Assembly: GCF_036321535.1 (NCBI RefSeq)
Contig: NC_087437.1
Location: 71,178,001 to 71,242,000, forward strand
Direction of reading: 5' to 3'
Length of the DNA: 64,000 nucleotides
Source: Camelus dromedarius
Taxonomy: Eukaryota
The notes under the pieces were generated by a model. It was not told where the DNA came from and ran no database searches. It was given only the letters and a program-made list of their open reading frames with translations. Position numbers and translations under genes: made by a program. This document shows positions 23,379 through 36,065 of the stretch, one piece after another; the stretch's first letter is position 1; every line of letters begins with the position of its first letter.

Positions 23379-25164
23379 GTGATCCATACCTGTCGGGAGT
23401 TCGTGGAGATGGGGAGGGAAGGAGGGGACCAGCCCTGAGACCAGCCGCGGCTCCGCCTGCTCTTCTTCCCTCTTCCCTCTTCCCCCTTCCCCAAGGGGCA
23501 TCCTTACCTGGCCCGTCCCTGCCTTGACCGACACAGAGCCAGCATCGCCCTAAGGGAGCCTAGAAACTTTGGGGTTTGGGTACCTTACGGCTTTGTTGGG
23601 TAGCGTTGTGGAAGAACTTTTTCTATCTAATGCTTTTCTCAAAAACCGGAGAGTCCTGGTAATGCCCATCCTGGTGAAGAGAATTCGAGAACTATCTCCC
23701 AACCACTCCTGGTTTTAGGGAAGTTCCCACACGGTTTCTTTTCTTTTCTTTTCTTTTTTATGTTTTGCAAATCACAGGGCACTGTACTTTATTGGATGGC
23801 TAAGATCTTCATGTTAAGTCCTCTGCCTCATATCTCTTCCCTTCTAGTTTTACATAAAGTATCTAAAATGAACTCAGGAATGCAAGTAGTTAATGACAAT
23901 ATCAATACTTGATTAACCTTGCTATTTTCATTTCCAAGCAACACTGAAAAAACAGAGCCTCTTTATATTTGTCACTCCTTTGATGCATTAGCACCCACAG
24001 ACAGGGAAAACTGATAACCGTTCTTTAAACTTGAAACATATATAAATGACATGTGCAAAGTCATAGTCACACGATGTGTGCTTTCTACAGACTACCTTTT
24101 TAACAGACACAAAAATAAATGCTTTAAATGTAAATGAGAGTACCAAATGGCGTGGCTTCTCACCTTTCAGTGCCAGAGCAGCTTCACAGCTGTTTTCACT
24201 CTTAAGTTACACTTTCTTAAATATATATATGTACACACATATGACCTTTTTTGAGTTCCCTGGGCAATTGTGCTTGCAGTTTATTCTAAGTATACCAGCT
24301 AAATAATGCACTGGACATACTCCACTTGGGGAATATCTTGTTCCAGATGCTGGAGGGTGCAGACTGGACCACTAGAGAGACTTGGAAACAGTCTGCTCCT
24401 ATTGTCCAGGTTCCATAATGGACTGGATCCATAATGAGTTACGGGTATAAACTTGATGATGAAAGATAAAAATTGGGGACAATTTTTGGGACCCCAAATG
24501 GACGATTTTTTTTGCTGCTACTGCTCATTGTTACTGCCTAGAGGATAAAAAGGTAAAATCACAAGAGCCTTGAAGTTCGATTGTGCTTTAACAGGATCAG
24601 CTGTTTCTTTGTTGCAGTGACAAAATTATTCAGCAGTACAGCTGGGTTAATTAGTTCTTTGAAGGGAAGTGTTACGTAAGTGAGAGTATAATACCTTTCC
24701 CTCCTCCACGTGTCAGTTGCTAGTTTAGATAACCCCTTATTTACTTAAAAACCTACCTGAATTATTAGCAAAGCAAATACCTCTATTTGTTAAGTGACTA
24801 TTAGAGGGAATTCTGCAAACATCTAAAAGTTACAGAAAGTGAAGAAAAGAGGTATCCTACTAATCCTACTAATCTGATTTCTAATTTCAGATTAATATTT
24901 GACTGACCTGAGTGGAAATTTATGTGATTTCTGCCTCATTTTCTGCTTTGTAAAACAGTGGGAAATTGGTTATCACTCACTCCACCCCCCAGTTCTTATT
25001 GAACCAAATGGTCTCCCTGCTGTAAGTAAATACAGATTATTCCTGAGATGAGCCTGAGGACAGGTGCATACCTTTCTCCAAGCAGATTTACTTCCCTAAC
25101 ACTTGAAAGATCTGGCTAATTAATCAGTGATGCTTAGGTTTTTATAAGGATTATTATATGCAGC

Positions 25165-25265
25165 ACTCCTCTATCTTGGCTCTCAACCCTGGGGAGCTTT
25201 AAAAAATACTGATGCATGGGCCCTACCCCAGACCAGTTTAATCAGAATCTCAAGATAGGCCTAGG
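25165..25265. mobile_element. MER5A-like hAT-Charlie fragment
   Basis: CTGGGGAGCTTTAAAAAATACTGATGCATGGGCCCTACCCCAGACCAGTTTAATCAGAATCTC. Confidence 0.7.
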
Positions 25266-25483
25266 TAAGAGATAAAAACAGTCAGAAGATGTTCCAGAGA
25301 AGCCTTCATGTTTCTTCCTCCCGTTGGCATTCTGTATTCTTTTTTGCTGAACTTTCTAATGAAATGCTTTGGAGAAAGACTAAAGGACACTTGTCTATGT
25401 GCTTTAATCAGAAGGCCAGATTAAAATGGCAAAGTTGATAAATATACTGCTGTGTACTCATATTTTGTGTATATTTTCTACAG

Positions 25484-25522
25484 CCTGTGTTTGATCCTGA
25501 TAATGTGGAACACTGGATTAAG
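25484..25522 (+). CDS. CCDC191: CCDC191 exon 2 (39-nt micro-exon): PVFDPDNVEHWIK
   Basis: Acceptor ttttctacAG, donor AAG|GTAAGG; symmetric phase 0; joins to RVEKASEF. Confidence 0.9.
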
Positions 25523-25879
25523 GTAAGGATATTTCGTAATTAAGATAGAAAGAGAATTTAGAGTCAAACATAATCAGATGGAATAGGAATACTAAGAGGT
25601 CTCCATTTTGCACATACTTTGCTATTTTCATTCCCATGTGACTGTATAAGTTGCCTCAGTTTTATACTTAGTATTTTTTCGTGATATGGTAATTCTTATG
25701 AAAGTGTGAGTGACAGAACAGGTGTAGACATCTCTCTCAAATGCCATGAGGATCACCTGAAGAGGATTAAAGGAGGAGGGGAGGACAAGCCTTAGGAGAA
25801 GACATTGTGGCCTTCCTCAGATAACTGGAAAGACTGTACTATAGTTACATTGACCTGTGGGACCAATACAATAGGTAAA

Positions 25880-26095
25880 AGTTACACATGCATCACAAGT
25901 AAGAATCTTCTAATGACTAGAGCAACCCTAGGATGGAGCAGGCAGTCTTACAGAGGTGTATTTTCTATCACTGGAGGTATTCAAATGGATTCTAAACGGT
26001 CACTTGTTAGGGCTAATGAGGAGTAGTATCTGAGCACTTAGTGAAGGGGGGATTGGGTTAGATAACCTCTGAGGCCTCTTCTAGGCCTGAGATGT
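25880..26095 (+). mobile_element. CR1/L3 LINE 3' fragment
   Basis: ATCACTGGAGGTATTCAA...GGATTGGGTTAGATAACCTCTGAGGCCTCTTCTAGGCCTGAG resembles the L3 3' end. Confidence 0.55.
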
Positions 26096-28422
26096 ATACT
26101 TTTGAGTCCAAGTACCATTTAAGTTGAAAGTACTGTTAAACCACTTCAGGTGCATACCTCTGAGTGTCATTTTGGCAACTTGCTATACTCAATTCATTTG
26201 TGTACCACGTGTTTCAAAATCATGCAGTATTTTCCTAAGGAAATATCCTTCAGCCTGATAGTATTTTGAAGATCTGTTACTTATGTAAATTGACAGGCAT
26301 TGTGAGCATCAGGCCAGATGGAACCTAGACTGGATATAATCATTGTTAACCATTTTTTCACCCAGCCACTATTTATAAAGTTCTTACTAAGTCCTAGCTC
26401 ACTGTGTTGGGCACTGGAGGTAAAAGAGTGCAGGGGACAGGTACAGTTTCTGCCTTCCCAGAGTTTATAGTCCAGTGTGGGCTAAATAACTTAGTTTAAA
26501 CTGTTGAGAGAATTAAGGATGTAATGGAAGCACATGGTCGGGGGCTCTCATTTAGATGGGGCCAGGGAAGCTTCCTGGCTCCTGCAGAAAGCCTGACTTA
26601 GAAGGCAGTAAGATGGGTCCACCATCCTTGATGCTACCTCTGGGAAGCCCACTCCTCAGCCTCCTTTAGGCTTAGCTTGCATGTCAGTGTTGAAAGTCCC
26701 AGTGCCAAGCCCCTGTGAGGCTTAACTGTACGTTTAGTTCCTGGCTCCTCCAGAGTGGAAGATTTAGGTAAAACAAGGAAAAAATTCTGCTCTGACTTGT
26801 CTGCACCATTTTCCTCTTTCATGCAGTTGACAGCCAGCTTGACTTGGTTAGCTTTTTCTCATTTCTTTTATCATTCCTCTAAAACTTCTGCAGTAGCTCT
26901 TTCTTCATTATACTCTCAAACTTTCCTTTCTTAAAAAAAATCAGCAAGTCCTCATTTCATCCACAGTCCATTCTGATAGCCATACTATTTCTTTTTCTTT
27001 TCCAGTGTCTTTGGATATACAGCCTGGACTCCTTGCCCTTGTATTTGTTATTACCCTCTTGTGTCCACAATTATTTTCCTTCGGTTTCCATTTCTTACCA
27101 CTCCACAGAAAGTTGTCATAAATGACTTCCTGACCAAATCTAGTGGTCTCTTCTTTGCCCTCAAACTTTTTAGTTTGTTTGATAACAGCTATCACTTTTT
27201 TATCCTAGAAACCCTCTCCTCCATTGTCTTCTTCTAACACTCTTTCCTCTTGCTTCTCTTCTGTTCACTTCTCTCTTCTTTTCTGACTTTGTTTCATAAT
27301 AAATCCCAACTCCAGGTCTACCCTAAACAGTTATAGCCTCTAGACCTAAGACTTCCAAATCCACTTGAATAGACCACTCAAGTGGAAGAGAGGGACATAC
27401 ATGGAAAGGATGTGGAACATGGTGAAGGTTGAGAAAGGGCTTTCTTCAGGACAGAAAAGGAAGGTCACTGGGTACTTGGCTGAAGCAGATAACCATAATT
27501 TTTTGTGGTACCAAGAACTGGTAGATCAGATTGGTCCAGGCTTGAAGGTTTTCATTGGAGAGGCAAAGGAACAAGAGATTTGAGGCTTATGTAGGAAAGT
27601 AACTGAGTATCCACACAGAGTAGTGAAGGAAAGGCACCCTGTAAAGGACTCATAGGTTGGGAGAAGGAGAAGGCATATGGTGACTAGAGGACTTGATTAG
27701 GTACACCGCTAATGTGTGGATTAGGAAGAATGAAAGAGGGAGATGGGTAGGAGGTTGATGTTGGAGAGGAGGTTATCAGCATCTGGTTTGAACAATGGAA
27801 AATTTTCTGGGGGACCTGGATCAGGATGACCATGTCAGTGGGTTGCTGAAGCACAGTTGAGGGGAAGGCTGTTGGCATACAAGAGATCAAGAAAACCTTG
27901 AGGCTGAAATGTCGGTGAGTCATCCTCAGGGATGTTGAAGTTATTTAGACCCAGGCAGATCTTGATAGAACTCTAAGTCTTGCGGCAGGTCATCCAAATG
28001 CAGTAGTCTACCATGATTTACAATTCATCTTCATCCTGATTTGATAGACTGACTTGACTTTCTGGTCCAGTGTATTCTGCCACTTTGAGCTTTCTAAACA
28101 TTTCCATTGTGTCAGTTCTCTACTCTTGAACCTTCAGTGATTCTGCCTGCCATCAGAGGAAACTCCATAAATTCCAAATGGGCATTGAAGGTCCTCTATC
28201 AATCTACCTGTAACATCAGTCTACCTATAACAGCCCTTTTACTGATACGCTGCATGACTCCTCTCAGGCCAATCTCCTTCCCCTCTAACAGACAAGTCTT
28301 CCTTTTACTTTGATTCATGCTGATCCCCAGCCTCTCTCAGAGGCCAATCCAGATCCTTCCCTTAAAGCTCAGCTTGAGATGCCCCCCTCAGTGAACCCCT
28401 CAACCACCTAATCCCATCTTCT

Positions 28423-29419
28423 TTTTTTTAATTGAGATGTAGTTGATGTACAACATTACATAGGTTACAGGTGTACAACATAGTGATTCACAATTTCTAA
28501 AGGTTATACTCCATTTATAGTTATTCTGAAATACTGGATCTATTCCCTGTGTTGCACAATATATCCTTGTAGCTTATTTTATACATAATGGTTCATACCT
28601 CTTAATCTCCTGCCCCTATCTTGCCCCTCTCCCCTTCCCTTTCCCCACAGATAACCACTATTTCATTCTCTATATTTGTGAGTCTGTTTCCTTTTTGGTA
28701 TATTTACTAGTTTGTTTTATTTTTTAGATTCCACATTTAAGTGAGTCATACAGTATTGATCTTTCTCTGCCTGACTTATTTCACTTAGTATTATATCCTC
28801 CAAGTTCATCCATGTTTTGCAAATGGCAAAATTTCATTCTTCTTTGTGACTGAGTAGTATTCTATTATATATGTACACATCTTTATCCATTCCTCTGTTG
28901 ATGGACAGTTAGGTTGCTTCCATATCTTGGCAATTACACATAATGCTGTTATGAAAATTGCAGTGTGTGTACATTTTTGACTTAGTGTTTTCATTTTTTC
29001 AGATACATATCTAGGAGTGCAATTGCTGGATCATATGGTAGTTCTATTTTAAGTTTTCTGAGAAATCTCCCTACTGTTTTCCACAATGGCTACACCAATT
29101 TATATTCCCACCAACAGCATACGAGGGTTCCTTTTTCTCCACGTCCTTGCCAGCATTTATTATTTGTGGTCCTTTTGATGATAGCCATTCTGATAGGTGT
29201 GAGTGATACCTCATTGTGGTTTTAATTGCATATCTCTGATGGTTAATGATACTGAGCTCTTTACATATGCCTGTTGGCCATCTGTGTGTCTTCTTTGGAA
29301 AAATGTCTGTTCAAGTCTTCCACTCATCTTTAAATTGGATTGTTGAGGATTTTTACACGCATGTTCATCAGTGATATTGGCCTGTAATTTTCTTTTTTTG
29401 TGATATCTTTTTCTGGCTT
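28423..29419 (-). mobile_element. 5'-truncated L1 with poly(A) tail, 14-bp TSD and internal deletion
   Basis: TSD TAATCCCATCTTCT at 28409-28422 and 29420-29433; L1 3' UTR and ORF2 C-terminus (TTTTAGATTCCACAT, CCCACCAACAG); ORF2 RT-region piece at 29341-29419. Confidence 0.9.
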
Positions 29420-30974
29420 TAATCCCATCTTCTAATACTCTTTTCCTTGGAGCTGTTTTGGCATTCATATACACAGATACAGCATCAAGCATTTGCTTAC
29501 ATCCAGGGTGAATAAGAAAGAATTGAGTACTTTCAAAAAATATATTGCTCACAGAACTATTATATAGTGATGTGCCAAGGAACTCGTGTTTGTACCTGCT
29601 GGCCCTGAGGAGGTGGAGGAGAGCGTGTAGCTACTCTTTCTGCACTGGCGGCAGCAGGTTCCAAAGGCCCCCAGTGGGTCATGATGTGTGCTGGGGGACA
29701 TGAGGAGCACGTAGTAAGCGTTTCTAAGGTCACAGGAATGCCAGGAAAGCTCCTTTATAAATTATATACTTCTGTATAGCATAGTTACTGAGTAATAAAT
29801 TTTGAAGATACTCAGTTTTTTAAAAAATCATCTTATATTGCTTTAAGACCATTCTTGAGTTGTTTGCTGCACACATGGCATATGAAACCAAAACTAAAGT
29901 GAACTTTGAAAACAGAACTTTTACTTTTGTTTTCCGCTTAGTGCCCACAGACCTGGGAATAGAACGACCCTCAGTCAACTTATCTAAAGAATAAGTTCTT
30001 AAATAGACACGTGAGCCCTCTCCTGTCTCCTGTGTATTTAAATTGAAAAAAATATTGTAAGGATATAATATTTTAAAACAAGGAAATAGAGATTATTTCT
30101 AATCCTTACTATCATCTAGTATTTTTTCCCCAAATCTTCATTTTAAGTGATATCCCAAGCACTTGCTCTATTAGAGCCAAGCAGACATTTTTCGTTACTC
30201 CCTGACTTATCTGTACCAGTCTCTGTCCTTCACTAGGATCCAGATCAACCTTCCTTCTCCTGTCTCCAAGCTCTCTACCTCCTTTGTTAAAATCTGCACA
30301 AATTCCAACTCAGGTGAGATGATGTATCATGTGAAGTCATTTCTTTCACCCATATCCTGAGGAGCTAAGTCTACAATCTTGTTTTTGTTGTTTATTTTTT
30401 GTTTGTGGGGATTGATTTAAAAAATTAGAGTTGATTATCTGTACATTAGTTACAAATAGATATTTTTATATATATATATGTACATACATACAAACACATA
30501 CAACATACGTCATTTTTTTTTTTTGCCTTAGAATTTAAGAACCTTAAAGGGAAGGACTGTGTACCAAGCATACTGTGACCATCCAATAAAGGACATATAC
30601 CACCAGCATAGATTTGGGCACATCAGAGACCGAGAGAGAATAAATCTGAGTGACTTCATAAAGAATGAATGAAATTTTCCTGACCCTGATTGTATCATGC
30701 CTTCTTCTCATTTGTAGCTTTTCACATATGTTCTATTTTCTACGTATTTTTCAAGTTACCCTTGATTTTACAACTTTATTCCTCTGCTTCTGTCTGATTC
30801 AAACTTAATATATGAAACCTTTGAGAGTTTAAAAGATAAAGCCCTTGGCAAGTCTTGACAGTTGTACTCCCAGTCTTTCCACAGAGGACAAGAGGAAAAA
30901 TCATTCTCAAAATAGATCAGGCAACAATGTAAATTACGGGAAAGTGCAGCTTTTTTAAAATAAATCTTTTACGT

Positions 30975-31810
30975 ATTCATTCTTTAACAAATATTTATGG
31001 GGCATCTGTTGCCGAGCACTGTTCTAGGTGCTAGGGGTTTCACTTATGAAGAAGACAAAAATCCCTGCTTACGTTCTCATTAAGGGAGACAATAACCAAT
31101 AAAATACATTATAAGGTCATAAGTGCTGTAGTGGAAGTCAGAACCGAGGAGGGGAACAGGGAGAGCCAGGAGGAGGATGCTTACACTTCCCTATGGGATA
31201 GTCAGAGAAGGCCTTCCTGCGAAGGTGACATATGAGTAAAGACTTGAGAAGGTGAGGGGGACAGCAGTCAGCAGAGGGGAGGAAAGCACAGAGGCCTGAG
31301 GTGGAACCACACTTGTCATCTTTGAGGAGGAATGAACAAGGAGTTCAGTGTGGCCAAAGAGGAGTGGGCAGCGGGAGGAGCAGCAGGCGAAGTTGGAGAG
31401 CCCACATGAGGCCTGATGGTGCAGGACCATGAAGCACTGTGGAAGAACTTCAGTTTTTATTCTGAGGGAGATAGGGAACTCTGTTTAAGTGGAGTTAACA
31501 TGAGACGGCTTTCATTTTAAAGGGGTTTCTCTGGCTGCTGTGGTACGAGGCTATTCCAGAAAACCTGTCAGGAAGGGTGGTGCCTTGGACCAGGGTGATG
31601 GCAGTGGAGGTAACAAGAAGGGGTCAGCTTCTGGATATATTTTGAAATTAGAGTCAACAGATTTCCTGACAGATTATATGTGGAGTAACAGAGAGTAGAT
31701 TCAAGAAGGACTCCAAGGTTTTCATCCTGAGCAACTGAAAGAATAGAGTTGTCATTACCTGAGTTGGAAAACTGTGAACACAGCAGGCCTGGAGAAAAGC
31801 TGGTTTGTGG
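30975..31810 (-). mobile_element. L2 LINE 3' portion
   Basis: ATTCATTCTTTAACAAATATTTAT...GCACTGTTCTAGGTGCT is the reversed L2 tail, followed by L2 body (CTGGATATATTTTGAA, GACTCCAAGGTTTT). Confidence 0.8.
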
Positions 31811-32469
31811 GGAGTGGCAAAGCCAGGGAGGTTACTTGTAAAATACATTTTTAAATACTGCGCAGGTAAACCAAAATGCCAAGAGTTTTCCCACCTTTGC
31901 CAATCCCTTCCCCAGCCATGAATTTGGCCATGTTTCTACTATATTCTCACTGTTGAGTTAAAATATTCTGGATGACTACGTTCGATGACTCTGTTTATCC
32001 TAATTTTATTGAGCCTACAGTTTGCCTAATACACAATGGGAAATTCCTTTCAGGGGTAGTAATTTGAGGAAGTGTAGCTACCTGCCTCTGGTTCACATTC
32101 ATATGCAAGTCCTAGTGGCATGGAAACTAATAAAATATTATATATTTTTTTAAAATAAAATATCTAGGGTGTCAGGAACCCATTACTAATGCTCTAAACA
32201 GAAGTTATCTAAAGCTTAAATAGCTTTTTGTTTAAATATAAACATTGTGGACACCTGTTAAAAGTTGGTTAAATACTATAATTAATTTCATGTTTAATGA
32301 ATGAAATTGTTTAGGGTGGATGTTTCAACATCAGAGTTCCTTTAAAAATGAAAAACTGAACGTGTCTTGGTGGTTGGTAGAAAAGTAGATTCTTGAATAA
32401 GGGAAAAATTCTCTAACCCTGAAGAAAGTTGTCTTAGTGGCTTTTTTCTTTTTTCCTGTCATATTGAAG

Positions 32470-32611
32470 AGAGTTGAGAAAGCGTCAGAATTTGCAGTTT
32501 CGAAAGCATTTTCTGCTGGAAATTCAGATTTATCCAGAAGGCTTTGGGACCAAATCGTAGATTTGGAAACACCTGAGCAAATAGAGGATTACGATGAAGT
32601 CTACGCAGAAG
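32470..32611 (+). CDS. CCDC191: CCDC191 exon 3: RVEKASEFAVSKAF...DYDEVYAE
   Basis: Long pyrimidine tract and aAG acceptor, donor AAG|GTAGGA; 142 nt, phase 0 to 1. Confidence 0.93.
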
Positions 32612-33199
32612 GTAGGAGAATACGTTTTTCGCTACGATGTTAGCAAGTCTTTGGAGTACAGCTTACTAAAGCGTAAATCATAATGTATTCCAGAGTACAG
32701 AATGAAAGCGTTTTTTTCTCTTGTTCTTAATTTTTGTTTCTTTCTACTTCCCTGAAGCTAATTTACTCTGGAATTAACTCCAGTATCGTAAGTACAGCTG
32801 TATTCAAGGCCCATTTTGTCTCTTGAAATAGAACCACATCCAAAGGCAGTTTTGACATAACATAGTTAACTAGTTAGTATAGATATTAGTCCTGTGGCAC
32901 AGAGGGCAGTGTGTTAACTTGATCTAGTATCATACAGTTAATTTGACCACTAGTTTATAAATCACCTTTGTTCCTTATGAAGAGAGTCTAAAGCTGACCT
33001 CACCTCTCTGCGTCCCTAAAGCATTTGCTCCTCTGGAATTGAGTATTTTAGTTACTGATGCCCTAAGGAACTCCACCATTTAGGGATGAAGAGATCAGAA
33101 GGGACCAGCAAAGAAGCCTGGAAAGGAGAGGCCCCTGAGGTTGGAGGAAAGTCAGAAGCCATTTTCCATTTGGATTATTTATGTCTCCAGTTATTCAGA

Positions 33200-33815
33200 T
33201 TATTTCTTCATTTATTCAGCATATATATTAAATTATTAGTCTGTGCCAGGTACTGTTTTAGGCACTGAAGGAACAGGGTATGATGAGCAGGAGACCAAGC
33301 CCTTGCCTTCATGAAGTATACATTCTAGAGTGGGAATAAAGAAAATGAAAAACGAAGGAGCAGGCAGTTGTAAGTCATCCGAGTTTGGACCTGAATAACA
33401 GAAAGGAGTCAGGTGAGCTGTGATGGAGGAAAAGCATCCCAGGCAGTGGGAAAGGTGGCAAAAAGAGTTAAAGTCGAAGCTTGGTGTGCTTGAGGAACTG
33501 ACGGAAGACCAGTGTTGCTGGAGCTTCCCACTGTAGATGAGCTTACAGGAGTGAGCCTAGACATGGCACACGGGGGCTTGTAGGCCTGGGGAAAGAATTT
33601 AGATTTTATTCTGAGTATGGTTAGACATCATTGAAGGGTTTTAAGCAGAAGTGTAATAGTTTTTTAAATATATGAAGAATGGATTATAGGGGAGAAAGAA
33701 GGAAAGGAAGATCGGTGGGAGACTGTTGCAGTGGTCTGTGTGGGCAGAAATGGCACTTGGTCTCAGGTGGTTGGTAGCACTGGAGATGGAGAAAGGAGAT
33801 TGATTCAGAAATTGG
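33200..33815 (-). mobile_element. L2 LINE 3' portion
   Basis: TTCATTTATTCAGC...TGTGCCAGGTACTGTTTTAGGCACTG...GAAGGGTTTTAAGCAG. Confidence 0.75.
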
Positions 33816-35479
33816 CAAGGCTGTGTCTAGCCCACCCCATCTCCCACCCCACCAATAGGAATATATAATATACTTCAGCTGCTTAAGGTTACAAGAAGTC
33901 CTGCAGTTTAAAAAAAAAAAAGCTTACTTACCCCATTTCCTAAGCTTCCTAGACTTAAACCCTTTTTATCTTGAAATACGTATTAATATTCTAAGAAACT
34001 AGTGATCTACTTTAGAAAGTACTAGTGTCTGAATGGAACAAGGTTTTCAAAGGTTTATATCCTTCTTTCTCCTCTCATTAACTATCTATTAATATTCAGT
34101 AAGAGCTAGTGTGCTGAGGAACATGCTTTGAGAAAGTCTGATTTAGGGTAGGCTTCGAGCCTCTGATCGAACAATGTTCCTACAGTTGAACCCTCCACAG
34201 GACATTCCCTTTCTTTGTTTTTTTGGAAACTTCACAGTACACCTCTATTTAATATGAATGGCATACAGTAGATCTGAATTATTCTACAAATAAATTATTC
34301 TACACATAAATATCTAAACTGTTGTACACAGGGTTACACAGTAAATATCTGCCCCCTTTCTCTACCTTCCTCTGAAAGCCAGTAGAGTCTGTTGCTAGTA
34401 TACTTTTTTACACTTAGTTTCTATCACTTTGATTCGTTTTTCTCTGTTGTATCATGCATTCCCATCTATATTAAATGTCTTTTGTCGTTATTTACTATAT
34501 GGAGACACTCCATTGCCTTAGAGCTGTGCAATAATGATGATAACAGTGATGAAGGTAATGCTGAAATAGACATTTTTCTTTGTTGAAACCCCCATGCCCT
34601 GTCTGTAAGAGCTGTTTGACAGTGATTATAATGATGAGAGTGATGCTAACAAGACATTTTCTCTCGTAACTATATATTTAAGAAGATTTTCTGAATGTCA
34701 CTAAAAAAGAAATCCAAGTGGAAATTGGTTTCCAGGATATCATACTCTCTGATTTTCCTCCTGCCTCAGTGGTTTCTCTTTCCTAATCTACTTTCCTGGT
34801 TCTGCCTTCTCTCTTCACCCCTGAATACCAGAGCTCCTCAGGGCTTAATCCTTGAACCAATTCTCTATCCACCTTCCTCCTTTGGGGATCTCATCCACTT
34901 TAAATATCCCCTTTGGATTTGAATATGATCTGTATGCTGACCATACCCACATTTATTTCTTCAGCTCTCCCTTGAAGTCCAGATGATATAGCCAATACCT
35001 GTTTGACATCCCTATTTGGATGTCTCATAAGCATCTCATCCTAACTCGTTTGAAACTGAACTGATCTTCTGTCCAAACTTGCTATTCCCTTGGCCTTCCC
35101 CGTCTCAGTAAATGGCACCTCCATCCTTGCAGTTGCTTAGGCCAAAAACCTTATAGATTTCTTTTTCTCATATCCTGTGTCCAATCCATCAGCAGATCAT
35201 GTCAACTCTACCTCAAAACATTACTTTCTAGAATCTGACCATTTTTAGTACCTCCACTCTGGGTCCAGGTCACTATCGCCTCTCTCCTGGATATTTGTCT
35301 CCCAACTGGAGTCTCCTGCTTCTGTGTTTGTTCCTCTGTAGTCTATTTTAACATAGTAGTTGGAGTTGATGCTCTTAAAATACATCACCTCTTTGCTTGT
35401 AACCCTCCGCCCCCATGGCTTCCCATTGCACGCAGAATAAAAGCCAAAGTACCTAGAATGTCAAGACTTACCCAAAGAA

Positions 35480-35693
35480 AGGATTTTCAACCTCAGCACT
35501 ATTGTTATTTTGGGCCAGATAACTTTTGTTGTGGGGGCTGTCCTGTGCATTATAGGGTGTTTATTAGCAGCATCTTTGTGCTCTACCCAGTAGATGATAA
35601 TATCACCTCCCCCAGTTGTAATAACCAGAAATGGCTCCAGACATTGCCAGCCATCCACTGGGGGGCAAAATCACCCCTGATCTAGAACCACTG
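35480..35693 (-). mobile_element. MER20 (hAT-Charlie) DNA transposon
   Basis: TCAACCTCAGCACTATTG...TTGTTGTGGGGGCTGTCCTGTGCATT...CCAGACATTGCCA...GGGGGCAAAATCACCCC...AGAACCACTG is the reverse of the recalled MER20. Confidence 0.88.
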
Positions 35694-35937
35694 CTCCAAA
35701 TCTGATCCAGTATTACCTCTTCCACCTCATCTCATTCATCCTTCCATACTGCCCCCATGCTGTTTCTCCAGTACGCTAGACACTCTCCTACCTTAGGGCC
35801 TCTGCTCTTGTTTTCCCTGCGTATGCAATAATATTCCCTTATGTAGCCATGTAGCTCCCTTCCTCACTTCCTTCCCTCTTTTGCTCAAAATATTTTCTCA
35901 GTGAGGCCTCCTTTGATAACCCAGTTTAAAACTATCA

Positions 35938-36065
35938 GGAGGGAGGGTATGGCTCAAGTGGTAGAGTGTGTGCTTAGCATGTATGAGGTCCCGGGTTCAA
36001 GCCTCAGTACCTCCATTAAAAAAATTAAATAGATAAACCTAATTACCTCCTCCCACGAAGAAAAC
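35938..36065 (+). mobile_element. tRNA-derived SINE, Vic-1-type (camelid)
   Basis: GGGAGGGTATGGCTCAAGTGGTAGAG (A box)...GGGTTCAAGCC (B box), tail AAACCTAATTACCTCC; TSD TTTAAAACT(A/G)TCA at 35925-35937 and 36066-36078. Confidence 0.88.

Larger units (their letters stand above)
22740..23560. promoter_or_regulatory. CpG island / bidirectional promoter of QTRT2 (-) and CCDC191 (+)
   Basis: The main CpG-dense stretch in the window. E-box CACGTG 22944-22949, CCAAT 23000-23004, ATTGCGTCA 23013-23021, ETS-like CCGGAA near 23033 and 23218, X-box 23097-23111, NRF1-like CGCCTGCGCA 23127-23136, ZNF143 motifs 23145-23157 (-) and 23198-23210 (+); no obvious TATA box. Confidence 0.9.

Noticed and set aside
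22641..23534. Several overlapping 60-136 aa ORFs
   Set aside because: Expected from stop-codon scarcity in a GC-rich island; the real coding part is the 93-nt CCDC191 exon 1.
28806..29552. ORFs with L1 ORF2-like peptides (also 37912-39149 and 49214-49862)
   Set aside because: Broken, frameshifted remnants of truncated L1 copies, not active elements or genes.
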